DNA of 48,614 bases from a bacterium (GTDB lineage Bacteria; JAJVIF01; JAPKYR01). Location of the stretch: assembly GCA_026394215.1 (NCBI GenBank), contig JAPKYR010000154.1, positions 1 to 48,614 on the forward strand, written 5' to 3'. Below, piece after piece: positions 38,145 to 48,079 of the stretch; within the stretch, counting starts at the first letter, position 1; each line of letters starts with the position of its first letter. The notes beneath the pieces were generated by a model. It had not been told where the DNA came from. It worked only from the letters and a program-made list of their open reading frames with translations, and made no database searches. Position numbers and translations under genes: made by a program.

Positions 38145-39653
38145 ATGTTCAGTTTCCCCGGCAATAACAATCAAAGCGATAAACAGGAAGAATCCTGCGG
38201 GATATTCGGGATATATGCCCCCCAGTCGGATACCGCACGGCTGACATATTTCGGCCTTTTCGCCCTCCAGCATCGCGGACAGGAATCCGCCGGGATTTGC
38301 GTTTCAAACGGCGGGCATATGTCATGCTATGCTCGCATGGGGCTTGTCAACCAGGTTTTCAACGAGCAGATACTCGGCATCCTTCGCGGCCATATCGCTT
38401 CGGGGCATGTCAGGTATTCTACAACCGGCTCATCTGTGATCGCCAACGCCCAGCCTTTTCTTATTGAGGATAAGCAGGAAACCCGCTTCAACGGGAAACT
38501 TCGCCGAAAATATGTCGGGTTAGCCCTTTCGCATAACGGTAACTTAGTAAATACACGCGAGTTAAAATCAAAATGCGACGACTTGGGCCTTCCATTGAAT
38601 TCCACATCGGATTCCGAAATGATGGCGCGGCTTATTCATTATGAATACGCCAGAACATGCAATATAGAGTCCGCTCTTCTCACATGGCTTCCTCAATTCA
38701 AAGGCGCATTCGCGATGGTGTTACAGACCCCGGATAAATTGATTGCCATCCGCGACGATATCGGCATCAGACCGTTGGTCTGCGGCTACCTTGGAGATAA
38801 AGACGATCCCGACGGCTGGGTATTGGCAAGCGAAACCTGCGCATTGGACATCATCGGCGCCCACTTTGCCTTCGCGATATCTCCCGGAACCGCAGTTCTG
38901 ATAGATGAGAGTGGCCCACGGACTTTGCGGTGGAAACCTAATCATAAAGATGAAAAACTCTGCGCGTTCGAATACATATACTTCGCTCGACCCGACAGTC
39001 TTTTTCGCGGTAAATGCCTGCACCTGATTCGACAGCGTATGGGCGAGCTCATGGCTATAGAAAATCCTGTAGACGCTGATATCGTGGTTCCCGTCCCGGA
39101 CTCGGGAACTCCGCACGCAATCGGCTTCGCGAGACAAAGCGGAATCCCCTACACCGAAGGCCTGATTAAAAACCGATATGTCGGACGCACATTTATCAGC
39201 CCGCAGTCGCGTCTTCGCGCGCTCGGGGTCAGGATGAAACTGAACCCGCTGGAAAGTGTCCTGCGCGGTAAGAGAGTGGTTCTTGTCGACGATTCCATCG
39301 TCCGCGGCACCACGTCGAAAAAAATCATCCAGTTGCTTCGCGACGCGGGCGCGAAAGAAGTCCATTTCCGCGTCGCAAGTCCGCCGGTTCTGAATCCCTG
39401 TTATTACGGTATTGATACAGCCGTCCAGGAAGATCTGATCGCGAGTCACTACAGAAATACAAAGAACGATTATTCGGAACTGGCAAAACAACTTGGCGCG
39501 GACAGCCTCGCATACCTGAGTATCGAAGGGATGCTCGAAGCTTTCGGACACACGACCGACGAGCTTTGCCTTGCATGTCTTAACGGAAAATACCCGATCC
39601 CCATATCCGAACAGACCCGACTGAATCTGGGCAAATTTATTCTGGAAAAATAA
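38145..39653 (+). CDS. purF: Amidophosphoribosyltransferase
   Basis: Propeptide then CGIFG, LQHRGQESAG, GHVRYST, FEYIYFARPDS, VDDSIVRGTTS, PCYYGID, CLAC; start at ATG 38145. Confidence 0.97.
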   Translation: MFSFPGNNNQSDKQEESCGIFGIYAPQSDTARLTYFGLFALQHRGQESAGICVSNGGHMSCYARMGLVNQVFNEQILGILRGHIASGHVRYSTTGSSVIANAQPFLIEDKQETRFNGKLRRKYVGLALSHNGNLVNTRELKSKCDDLGLPLNSTSDSEMMARLIHYEYARTCNIESALLTWLPQFKGAFAMVLQTPDKLIAIRDDIGIRPLVCGYLGDKDDPDGWVLASETCALDIIGAHFAFAISPGTAVLIDESGPRTLRWKPNHKDEKLCAFEYIYFARPDSLFRGKCLHLIRQRMGELMAIENPVDADIVVPVPDSGTPHAIGFARQSGIPYTEGLIKNRYVGRTFISPQSRLRALGVRMKLNPLESVLRGKRVVLVDDSIVRGTTSKKIIQLLRDAGAKEVHFRVASPPVLNPCYYGIDTAVQEDLIASHYRNTKNDYSELAKQLGADSLAYLSIEGMLEAFGHTTDELCLACLNGKYPIPISEQTRLNLGKFILEK

Positions 39654-39820
39654 ATCCCGGACCCTCAAGGATGACATCCCCGACAGCCTGTCGTAATCTG
39701 TGATTCCGATTTAAATTTGTCGATCATGTCCCGGGATTATTGAAAAATTCGACCCTGGCTGTTATTATTCAATTTTACCCATCACCATCTTTAACATTGT
39801 TTTCGTACAATGAATATTTT

Positions 39821-40032
39821 GTAGAACAGCACAGCAGTGCGTCATACAGCCAGCAAAACCAGTAAAACGCACTGCCGTGCTGTTCTACGAGTAATGTTCT
39901 CTTTAATAGATAAATAACTAATATTCCGTATATATGTAGGACAGGCTTTCCAGCCTGTCGCTTTCCAGCCTGTCATTGAATACCAGTAATTATCACGGTT
40001 GCAGTAACAGGCTGGAAAGCCTGTCCTACATA
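39821..40032. repeat. Two GTAG-type REP doublets (REPIN-like)
   Basis: GTAGAACAGCACAGCAGTGCGT with an inverted copy at 39867-39888; TATGTAGGACAGGCTTTCCAGCCTGT with an inverted copy at 40007-40032. Confidence 0.85.
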
Positions 40033-40121
40033 AATATGGTAAGCAGTAATTTTTCAACAGCCCCAAACGGTCCGACTACCTCCCGTATCCGTTCCATGCG
40101 GAGAGCGCGCCCCGCGCCCAT

Positions 40122-41063
40122 TCACAACAACCCCATCACAGCTAATGCATTCCTTCTCAACTTCTCACGACCCACCCTCCGAATCGGCGTTCCCGCCGTC
40201 AATCTGTCGAATTCATCCTCCGTGAGCTTGCTCAATTCCCTTAAATCCGGCACCACAAGCCCTTCCCTCGGGTGAAAATCATGATGGCGTGTCGGGCGCG
40301 CGAAATTATTCCACGGGCATACATCCTGGCACATATCGCATCCGTAAACCCATCCGTTAAGTGAATCTTTATGGTGTTTCGGAAAATCCCCGTCATGCTC
40401 CATCGTCAGATAACTGATGCACGACCTCGCATCTATATGCCGGCCCTGCATAATCGCCGATGTCGGGCACCGGTCGATACATAACCTGCATTTCCCGCAA
40501 TGATCCGGATGCTGCATGTCGTATTCGCCCTCGATTTTATACGTAGTCAGGAGCGACCCGATGAATATCCATGAACCGAACTTTCGCGTGATCAGGATTG
40601 AATTTTTCCCGATCCAGCCAAGCCCCGCGCGCATCGCCCAGATTTTATCCCTGAACGGCGCGGAATCGACCGCAATTTTAAAGAGCGGTTTCTCCCCGCC
40701 TGAATTTTCGACGCTTTCAACAATGGATTTCTGGAGCCTTCCAAGAATCTCGCCCAAAACCTTGTGATAATCGCGCCCCCACGCGTAGCGCGATATTTTC
40801 GGGAAATTCGGGAAGTTGAAATGAAGCTGTGGGACATAATAGTTTACAGCTATAACAATTATCGACTTGCATCCGGGCAGTAATTTTTCCGGATCGTGGC
40901 GAATATCGATATTATTCTGCATCCACGCCATATCGCCGCAGTAGTTCAGACTCAGCCACCTTCTGAATTTCTCCTCTTCTCCGGTTAATTTCGCAGGGGA
41001 AGTCACGCCGACAAGGTCGGCGCCGGAATCAAGAGCGCAAAATTTTAATTGTTCTACATTCAG
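40122..41063 (-). CDS. queG: Epoxyqueuosine reductase
   Basis: ISRYAWGRDYH, VDSAP, RAGLGWIGKN, GSWIFIG, CGKCRLCIDRCPT, CISYLT, GCDMCQDVCPWN; N-terminus extended to CTG 41063. Confidence 0.96.
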   Translation of the reverse strand: MNVEQLKFCALDSGADLVGVTSPAKLTGEEEKFRRWLSLNYCGDMAWMQNNIDIRHDPEKLLPGCKSIIVIAVNYYVPQLHFNFPNFPKISRYAWGRDYHKVLGEILGRLQKSIVESVENSGGEKPLFKIAVDSAPFRDKIWAMRAGLGWIGKNSILITRKFGSWIFIGSLLTTYKIEGEYDMQHPDHCGKCRLCIDRCPTSAIMQGRHIDARSCISYLTMEHDGDFPKHHKDSLNGWVYGCDMCQDVCPWNNFARPTRHHDFHPREGLVVPDLRELSKLTEDEFDRLTAGTPIRRVGREKLRRNALAVMGLL

Positions 41064-41173
41064 AACGACGTCTCCTCATCCAAATCCCACAATTTTTCTC
41101 AGGACACAAAGGATAGACGCTGATTGCCAGATTTAAGTTCTATAAAATTATCCGAAAAATGATAAAGATAAAC

Positions 41174-41836
41174 CTATGCCATATCATAAACCGCTTTCAC
41201 TGCCGCATCTATCCCCACCTGAATATCCTTGATCCCCGGACCAAGCATGTACGCCGGGGTCGTGACAATTTTATGTTTTTCATCGACCACGCATTTATCC
41301 ACAGTGCAATCGACATGCACCTGCCCAAGTTCATTAATCAACGCAGCAGTCCCAGGGTCATTGCCAATCGTCATTTTCACACCCGAAACATTGATTTCGT
41401 TAAGCGCGGCGGCGAGCGATCCCGGCGCTATACATATGGCGGCAATCGGCTTTCCTTCCTCATACAAGCCGCCAATCAATCTCTGAACCGAGGGATCGAC
41501 GGTGCATGATGCACCCTTCGACGCGAAATCGGACAAATGCAGCGCGGCACCGTATCCACCAGGAATCACAAGCCCGTCCATATCGTCTGCGGTTACGGCC
41601 GCGATATCGGTTATGTCGCCTCGTGAAATTCTCGCCGCCTCGACCATCGTATTTCGATGGTCACCGCCTGGTTCATCTGTAGTGTGATCGACAGCATCAA
41701 AATCCTTATTTACCGCAATGAAAAAAATATCTGCTCCAAGTTTGTTTAACACTAGAAGCGCGAGCGTAGCCTCATGAATCTCCGACCCGTCTCTGACCCC
41801 GCAGCCTGTCAGAAGTAATCCGATACGTTTCGCCAT
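41174..41836 (-). CDS. elbB: ElbB/ES1 (DJ-1 superfamily) glyoxalase
   Basis: GCGVRDGSEIHEA, EAARISRG, IPGGYGAA, ICIAP, IVTTPAYM. Confidence 0.94.
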   Translation of the reverse strand: MAKRIGLLLTGCGVRDGSEIHEATLALLVLNKLGADIFFIAVNKDFDAVDHTTDEPGGDHRNTMVEAARISRGDITDIAAVTADDMDGLVIPGGYGAALHLSDFASKGASCTVDPSVQRLIGGLYEEGKPIAAICIAPGSLAAALNEINVSGVKMTIGNDPGTAALINELGQVHVDCTVDKCVVDEKHKIVTTPAYMLGPGIKDIQVGIDAAVKAVYDMA

Positions 41837-41889
41837 GTCCTTCTCCTTGTCGCTCCTGATAAATAGAGAATATCACATTTTGCAATCGT

Positions 41890-41951
41890 AGGCACGACTG
41901 TTAAGGAGTACACGACAATTAAAGAGGCACGACTGTCAAGGAGTGCATGAC
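41890..41951. repeat. Tandem 27-bp imperfect direct repeat (35-bp period)
   Basis: AGGCACGACTGTTAAGGAGTACACGAC and AGGCACGACTGTCAAGGAGTGCATGAC. Confidence 0.8.
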
Positions 41952-42004
41952 TTTTAAAATTTTTAAAAATCCAGCGGAATTGTCTGTGATAATCCAAAAA
42001 AAAC

Positions 42005-42041
42005 TTGACATTTTGAATAAATCTGGTATAAGAGTACCAGA
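42005..42041 (+). promoter_or_regulatory. Promoter of the rrf2 operon with an overlapping inverted-repeat operator
   Basis: TTGACA-16 nt-TATAAG; TCTGGTA-N6-TACCAGA (42022-42041) covers the -10. Confidence 0.6.
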
Positions 42042-42075
42042 ATACTGTTAACACGAAAAATAAAGGAATACGGTT

Positions 42076-42480
42076 ATGGCTACCATTTTGAAAATTTCGG
42101 ACGCGGCAAGCCTCGCATCGCACATGATGGTAATCATCGCATCGGCGAATGGGCGTCTTGTCACCGCTAAAGAAGGCGCGAACCAGCTTATTGTCTCGGA
42201 AGCTCATATGAGCAAGGTCATGCAACGGCTCGCGAAACATGGGCTTGTTAAATCCGTACGCGGTCCCGGCGGAGGTTTCCAGCTTATAGATGCTCCGGAA
42301 AAAATCACGCTTCTACAGATCTATGAGGCGATAGACGGTCCTCTCACCGAGGATATGTGTCTTCTGAACAACAAGGCCTGCATACGTATGAACTGCATTA
42401 TGGGTACCATGATCGATTCCATTAATAAACAGGTCAGGGATTATTTCACCACCACAAACCTGGCTATGTTGATCGAATAA
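42076..42480 (+). CDS. Rrf2-family transcriptional regulator (three C-terminal Cys)
   Basis: HMSKVMQRL, GLVKSVRGPGGGFQL, ITLLQIYEAIDG, C..C..C. Confidence 0.95.
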   Translation: MATILKISDAASLASHMMVIIASANGRLVTAKEGANQLIVSEAHMSKVMQRLAKHGLVKSVRGPGGGFQLIDAPEKITLLQIYEAIDGPLTEDMCLLNNKACIRMNCIMGTMIDSINKQVRDYFTTTNLAMLIE

Positions 42481-42488
42481 GGATGTGA

Positions 42489-43250
42489 ATGATGCTCGCA
42501 GTACGAAAAATAGTACAAATCGACGAAGAGAAATGCGACGGTTGCGGAGTTTGTGTGCCGTCATGCGCGGAGGGAGCGATTCAAATTATCGACGGAAAGG
42601 CGAAAGTTGTCGATCTGTCATTCTGCGACGGGCTGGGCGCGTGCCTTGGCGAATGTCCGCAGGGCGCGATCACGATTATCGAAAGTGCAGCCCCTGCATT
42701 TGACGAGGAAAAAGTGAAGCATCACTTTGCATCTCAGAAAAAGGACCGCGAAATCCCGGCTCCCGCTCCGGCACCGGAACCGTTGGCATGCGGATGTCCC
42801 GGGTCGGCGATGAGGACAATCGCGCGTGGAACGCCTGCTGTAAAACCCGTGCCATCAGCGACAATGGAATCCGCGCTGACATCATGGCCGGTACAATTGA
42901 TGCTCGTTCCGCCGATCGCGCCGTTCCTTAAAAATGCCGATCTTTTAATCTCGGCAGATTGCGTACCGTTCGCGTTTCCCGATTTCCATAAGCGATTTCT
43001 GGACGGGCGCGTCGTACTTGTGGGATGTCCGAAGCTCGATGACATCCAGCATTACAGAAAGAAGCTGGAAGATATTTTCAAAACCGCGCAGCCAAAGAGT
43101 GTGATTGTCCTCAGAATGGAAGTACCATGCTGCACAGCGATAGCAATGGCGGCTCATGAGGCACTGATAGCATCGGGGCTGGACATCCCGTTCGAATCGA
43201 AGATCATCACAATTCAGGGCAATGTGAGAGAGGATCGGTATTTCGCGTAG
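42489..43250 (+). CDS. 4Fe-4S dicluster protein with Cys-rich C-terminal domain
   Basis: CDGCGVCVPSC, CDGLGACLGECP, CGCPGS, WPVQL, ADC, GCPKLD, MEVPCC. Confidence 0.92.
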   Translation: MMLAVRKIVQIDEEKCDGCGVCVPSCAEGAIQIIDGKAKVVDLSFCDGLGACLGECPQGAITIIESAAPAFDEEKVKHHFASQKKDREIPAPAPAPEPLACGCPGSAMRTIARGTPAVKPVPSATMESALTSWPVQLMLVPPIAPFLKNADLLISADCVPFAFPDFHKRFLDGRVVLVGCPKLDDIQHYRKKLEDIFKTAQPKSVIVLRMEVPCCTAIAMAAHEALIASGLDIPFESKIITIQGNVREDRYFA

Positions 43251-43273
43251 GGATTACTCATCAAAATCGCGTA

Positions 43274-43334
43274 TCGTGGCATGCGACTCCGGCGCATGAA
43301 ACCAAAATCCATGCGCCGGAGTCGCATGCCACGA
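43274..43334. repeat. Perfect 25-bp inverted repeat (REP doublet-like)
   Basis: TCGTGGCATGCGACTCCGGCGCATG-11 nt-CATGCGCCGGAGTCGCATGCCACGA. Confidence 0.85.
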
Positions 43335-43350
43335 ACTGAAGAATCATAAC

Positions 43351-43381
43351 AAAAAAGGCTGCCGATTTCTCGGCAGCCTTT
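43351..43381. terminator. Bidirectional intrinsic terminator
   Basis: AAAAAAGGCTGCCGA-TTTC-TCGGCAGCCTTT between convergent genes. Confidence 0.85.
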
Positions 43382-43436
43382 ACTTATAATAGAACAGACT
43401 TGTATTGGTTGCTGTTTCAGATGGTCATTACGACCG

Positions 43437-45401
43437 TCAAGTAGCATCATCTTCTGTCGACGCCAGATCCGAAAGGTTCTTCAATACGCCGTGATCCTCA
43501 AGCGTGCTCGTATCGCCGCTGGTAACCTCGCCATTGGCAATCGACTTGAGAAGCCGTCGCATGATCTTTCCCGAACGGGTCTTTGGAAGTGCATCGGTGA
43601 AGATGAGCTTCTTCGGTCGGGCAAGAGCGCCGATTTCCTTATCGACGTGAGCTTTAAGCTCCTTGATAATCGCATCGCTCGGTTCAATTCCCCTCTTGAG
43701 GGTGACGAACGCGCAGACCGCCTCGCCTGTCAGGTCGTCTTTCATGCCGACAACCGCGGCCTCGGCAACTTTCTCATGTGAGACGATAACGCTCTCGATT
43801 TCCATCGTTCCAAGGCGGTGACCCGAAACATTCAGGACATCGTCGAGGCGTCCCATGATCCAGAAGTAGCCAAGCTCATCGGTTCGGGCGGAGTCGCCGG
43901 CATAATACTTATGAGGTACCTGCGACCAGTAAGCATCCCTGTAGCGCTGATCGTCTTTATAAAGAGTCTGGAGCATCGCGGGCCATGGCTTAGTGATTAC
44001 AAGCCGTCCGCCGCTTCCTAACGGGACAGGTTCTCCGGCCTCGTTGACAATTTCCGCAGCCACTCCTGGTACCGGACGCGTACATGAACCGGGTTTGGTT
44101 GGGGTCGCGCCGGGCATCGGGCTGATCATGATCATTCCAGTCTCAGTCTGCCACCATGTATCAACGATCGGGCATCTTTCATGGCCGATGAAAGTATGGT
44201 ACCAGATCCAGGCTTCCGGATTGATCGGCTCACCGACCGATCCAAGGAGCCTGAGCGACGACAGATCGAATTTCTGAGGATGCTGCTCGCCCCATCGCAT
44301 GAATGCGCGGATAGCTGTCGGAGCTGTATAGAAAATATTGACTTTGTATTTCTCGATAATTTCCCAGAAACGGCCATCATGAGGCTGATTAGGCGCTCCT
44401 TCATACATAACTGATGTCGCGCCGTTGGCGAGAGGCCCGTAAACGATATACGAATGGCCTGTTACCCATCCGATATCGGCTGTGCACCAGTAAGTATCTT
44501 CTTCCTTGAGGTCGAACACGATTTTGTTCGTGTAGTATGTCCCGACCATATATCCGCCGGTCGAATGCTGGACGCCCTTGGGCTTTCCTGTCGAACCCGA
44601 GGTGTAGAGAATGAACAGCGGATGAGTGGAATCAACAGATGTCGCTTCGCAAACGGAACTCTGATCCTTCACCAGATCATGCCACCAGATATCCCTTTTA
44701 TCATTCCACGGCACTTTTCCCCCAGTTCTTTTGACTACGATATTTTTCTCGATCGTCGGGCAACCCTTGAGAGCTTCATCGGTGTTGGCCTTGAGCGGGA
44801 TTTGTTTACCGCGGCGCCAGCTCTCATCGGAGCAGACCACTATTTTCGCGCCGGCGTCATTGATCCTGTCCTTCAACGCTTCAGCGGAGAAACCGCCGAA
44901 TACGATTGAGTGGGGAGCGCCGATCCTTGCGCATCCGAGCATCGCGATTGCAAGCTCTGGGATCATCGGCATGTACAGACATACGCGGTCGCCCATCTTG
45001 ACCCCGAGGCTCTTGAGGCCGTTAGCGAATTTGCATACTTCCCTGTGAAGCTGCTGATAGGTGAATATCCTCTGATCTCCCGGTTCACCCTCCCAGATAA
45101 GGGCGGCCTTGTTCTTTCTCGCGGTTGTGAGATGTCTGTCAAGGCAGTTGTAGGTTATGTTGGTTTTACCGCCAACAAACCATTGAGCGAATGGCTCGTC
45201 CCAGACAAGAACCTTTTTAGGCTGTTCAAACCAATGGAGTTCGCTCGCAATCTCGCCCCAGAACTCCTCGGGATTCTCAACGCTTCTTTTCCAAATTGCC
45301 TCATACTCTGCCATACTTTTAATATGAGCTTTCTTTGAGAATTCCGGCGAAGGTTCGAATACCCGCGTTTCCTTTAGTTTTGATTCGATGTCGATTGTCA
45401 T
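43437..45401 (-). CDS. acs: Acetyl-CoA synthetase
   Basis: [59 protein letters not shown]. Confidence 0.98.
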   Translation of the reverse strand: MTIDIESKLKETRVFEPSPEFSKKAHIKSMAEYEAIWKRSVENPEEFWGEIASELHWFEQPKKVLVWDEPFAQWFVGGKTNITYNCLDRHLTTARKNKAALIWEGEPGDQRIFTYQQLHREVCKFANGLKSLGVKMGDRVCLYMPMIPELAIAMLGCARIGAPHSIVFGGFSAEALKDRINDAGAKIVVCSDESWRRGKQIPLKANTDEALKGCPTIEKNIVVKRTGGKVPWNDKRDIWWHDLVKDQSSVCEATSVDSTHPLFILYTSGSTGKPKGVQHSTGGYMVGTYYTNKIVFDLKEEDTYWCTADIGWVTGHSYIVYGPLANGATSVMYEGAPNQPHDGRFWEIIEKYKVNIFYTAPTAIRAFMRWGEQHPQKFDLSSLRLLGSVGEPINPEAWIWYHTFIGHERCPIVDTWWQTETGMIMISPMPGATPTKPGSCTRPVPGVAAEIVNEAGEPVPLGSGGRLVITKPWPAMLQTLYKDDQRYRDAYWSQVPHKYYAGDSARTDELGYFWIMGRLDDVLNVSGHRLGTMEIESVIVSHEKVAEAAVVGMKDDLTGEAVCAFVTLKRGIEPSDAIIKELKAHVDKEIGALARPKKLIFTDALPKTRSGKIMRRLLKSIANGEVTSGDTSTLEDHGVLKNLSDLASTEDDAT

Positions 45402-45742
45402 ATTGCCACCTTAATTCCTTTGTTTGTATTCTATAATTAAAGTATTATTTCTGAAAAATTCCATAGTGCGCTCGTTTACTCAAAGCAGCGCCTGTGCATT
45501 CTTTACACAGGCTTACGTCAATCATTACCGTTATTGGTGCGAATTTTCAAGTATTTCAGGGCAATTTGCGCGATTTTTCATAATTTTTTTTGCCATTTTC
45601 ACCATTTTCATGTGAAAAATGGCGCAAATAAACAACAATGCGCGTTCAGCGCATCATTCAACTCTTATGAGACCGATCTCAGACTCCGATTTCTGTCAAA
45701 CATTCTCCCTTAATACCATTTAAATTAACCCCCGACCAGATC

Positions 45743-46495
45743 TTATACAATTTCCTGCAGCAGGACGACTGATGTTATCTCCTCATTTTTATCAGTGATT
45801 ACTTTCGGTGTACACTGGATATGTACATGGTTTCCATTTTTCCCAATAAAAACAACATCGCACCTGAAATTATCATCCTGCAGCACCAGTGAAAAAATAT
45901 CCGCGAAATGCTGCTTCGACTCCTGATCCAGGAATTCATCAATCCTCTTCCCGGTCATCGAATCCTGACTGTAGCCAAGCGCGTCGCACATTGTATTGTT
46001 CGAAGAGAGTATATAACCTTTATCATCCAGGACCATTATTGGTTTTTGAGACGCGCTGAAAATTATTTCCAGACGTTTTTCAAGTTCTGTCACCAGCACA
46101 TTTAACCTTGATATCTCGGCGATATCCCGCTCAAATGCGATAAGGTATTCCTGTCCGTCCAGTTTGTATCGCTTTGTCCTCATTTGTACCGGATATGTCG
46201 AACCATCCTTTCTCCTGTGTCGGGTCTCGAAAATATCCGGTGCCGTACTGCTTACCTCTTTCCAATGGTGCGGCCACTCGTTGTTGTCGTACCACGGATC
46301 GATATTCATTACAGAGAGCTCCAGAAGTTCCTCTCTGGTGTACCCGAGCGCTTCGCAGCTTTTCTCATTGACGTAAATAAAATCCCCGGTTACATCAACA
46401 ATGTAAACCCCGTCCGGACAATCGTCCGCAAGATGCTTGAGAAGCGCCAGTTGGTCTTTTGACTTGAATTCAGACATAAACTTCTTTGACTCCAT
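45743..46495 (-). CDS. Stand-alone tandem PAS-domain protein
   Basis: YVNEKSCEALGYTREEL...HRRKDGSTYPV and NNTMCDALGYSQDSMTG...GKNGNHV; no output domain. Confidence 0.88.
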   Translation of the reverse strand: MESKKFMSEFKSKDQLALLKHLADDCPDGVYIVDVTGDFIYVNEKSCEALGYTREELLELSVMNIDPWYDNNEWPHHWKEVSSTAPDIFETRHRRKDGSTYPVQMRTKRYKLDGQEYLIAFERDIAEISRLNVLVTELEKRLEIIFSASQKPIMVLDDKGYILSSNNTMCDALGYSQDSMTGKRIDEFLDQESKQHFADIFSLVLQDDNFRCDVVFIGKNGNHVHIQCTPKVITDKNEEITSVVLLQEIV

Positions 46496-46627
46496 ATATT
46501 GCCTCCTAATATATTGAAGTCGCTAGAACCAAAACCTCTTATCCTGTCCTCATTATACAACAACAATCATGGAAAATAAATATCACCAGACAAATTATTT
46601 ATTCATAATTTGTATTTGAGTACTTAC

Positions 46628-48076
46628 TTACCATTCGCGGCGGATCGTATACGAAAGAACCGTCTCGCCATCAGCCTCGACCGGCACCACAAATTCAACC
46701 GTGCTCGCGTCTTTCTGACTGTATTCATGCGAACTTTGCCTGACTTCCCAGTCGCCATAGACATGATCCCAATAAACAATCTCGACATCCTCCGCCTTGT
46801 GATTCCGGATCGTGACCTCGACATCGTACTCCCATGTGTTGTAATTAATCTCCCTCCTGTCTTTTACTACCCGCTCCCCGACTATATCGAACGCGTTGCC
46901 CATCAATATCTCGATTTCTTCATCCTTCGGCGTATGATCGATACTGTCCTCACCGATAAATTGAAGCGAGCCTGATGAATCTTCCTTGTATACTCGTATC
47001 GTCCCGGCAGGGATCGGAATACCAAGCCCGTTAGCCTCGGAATTCATAAATTTCAGCCTGACCTGAATATCACCCTGCGCAGTATCTCCAGCGGAGTAAT
47101 AGTCATATCCGGGATCGAAGATGAACACTTTTTCCACTCCAATTCCCGCGCCTTCAAGGAGGTTAAGCTGTTTCTGCTGGTTATTCAAAACTGTCGCGGG
47201 TTGCTGAAGTGTATATAAATGATATTCGAAAAATGATTCTTCCTGAAAACCATATCCCCCCGCCCCCCCCAAAGCCCTGTCGTACATGACTTCTCCACCC
47301 GAATATGGCTCATTTTTCGGCACGCGATGCACTTCTCCGGCGACAAGTTTCAGTTCCGCGTTGTTGTACGCTGTCCCGGACGTATTATTGATCGTGACCC
47401 ATCCCGATAAATCCAGCGTATCGTCATTCTCCCCGACAACCGCGACATAGTTCGCACTCCAGCCTAAGCCCGTTGTCAGGTAGCTCATCTCGCATTCTGA
47501 ATCGAGTTCCCGATCTGAAATCAGCGACCATCGAAGAGTCGGGCGAGTAATCAGCCCTTGCGGAAGATCATCGAATGTGACTCCCACAGCATTGGTGATG
47601 ATATTTACTCCGGTATCTGTCTGGATAACCAGACTTCCGTCATACGCAAGTAACGTTCCGTCGATTGTCCTGCCATCGTCGGTCTGGACCAAAATATGGC
47701 TGTCGATATGCGCCTGATATAACGCCGCTGTCGAAACCAGGTCGTATTCGTAATTCTGTTCGAGAATCGCGAGCGAATCGGGATTTGTATTATTTACGAA
47801 ATGGACGCTGGTGGGATCGATCAATGACGCGACGTCCATGAAAATTAGATCGAACTCCGCCCGTGGCAACGCAATCTGCCGCGTGTCTTTTATCAGGCCC
47901 GTCCCATCGTTATAGACCGTAATCGCGATCGATGTCTGATCGTCTGCGGTGGTTGTCACCTGAGGTCCAGCGACAATATCTCCGGGGATGATCAGGAAGA
48001 TCGCAATCACCACGAGAAGCACCGGAAGAAAAATCAATCCGGCAGGTTTTATGTATTTCGCGATTTTTTCCTTCAT
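46628..48076 (-). CDS. DUF4139 domain protein
   Basis: IAITVYND, LEQNYEYDL, SYLTTGLGWSANY, GWVTINNTSG, FFEYHLY, FIGEDSIDHTPKDE. Confidence 0.92.
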   Translation of the reverse strand: MKEKIAKYIKPAGLIFLPVLLVVIAIFLIIPGDIVAGPQVTTTADDQTSIAITVYNDGTGLIKDTRQIALPRAEFDLIFMDVASLIDPTSVHFVNNTNPDSLAILEQNYEYDLVSTAALYQAHIDSHILVQTDDGRTIDGTLLAYDGSLVIQTDTGVNIITNAVGVTFDDLPQGLITRPTLRWSLISDRELDSECEMSYLTTGLGWSANYVAVVGENDDTLDLSGWVTINNTSGTAYNNAELKLVAGEVHRVPKNEPYSGGEVMYDRALGGAGGYGFQEESFFEYHLYTLQQPATVLNNQQKQLNLLEGAGIGVEKVFIFDPGYDYYSAGDTAQGDIQVRLKFMNSEANGLGIPIPAGTIRVYKEDSSGSLQFIGEDSIDHTPKDEEIEILMGNAFDIVGERVVKDRREINYNTWEYDVEVTIRNHKAEDVEIVYWDHVYGDWEVRQSSHEYSQKDASTVEFVVPVEADGETVLSYTIRREW

Positions 48077-48079
48077 GAT

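Noticed and set aside
38721-39677. 318-aa minus-strand ORF
   Set aside because: Antisense shadow of purF with no recognisable motifs.
39842-40275. Track ORFs 39842-40066 and 39976-40275
   Set aside because: They translate REP palindromes or run antisense to queG.
41890-41951. CRISPR array
   Set aside because: Only two imperfect units with an 8-bp gap and no cas genes.
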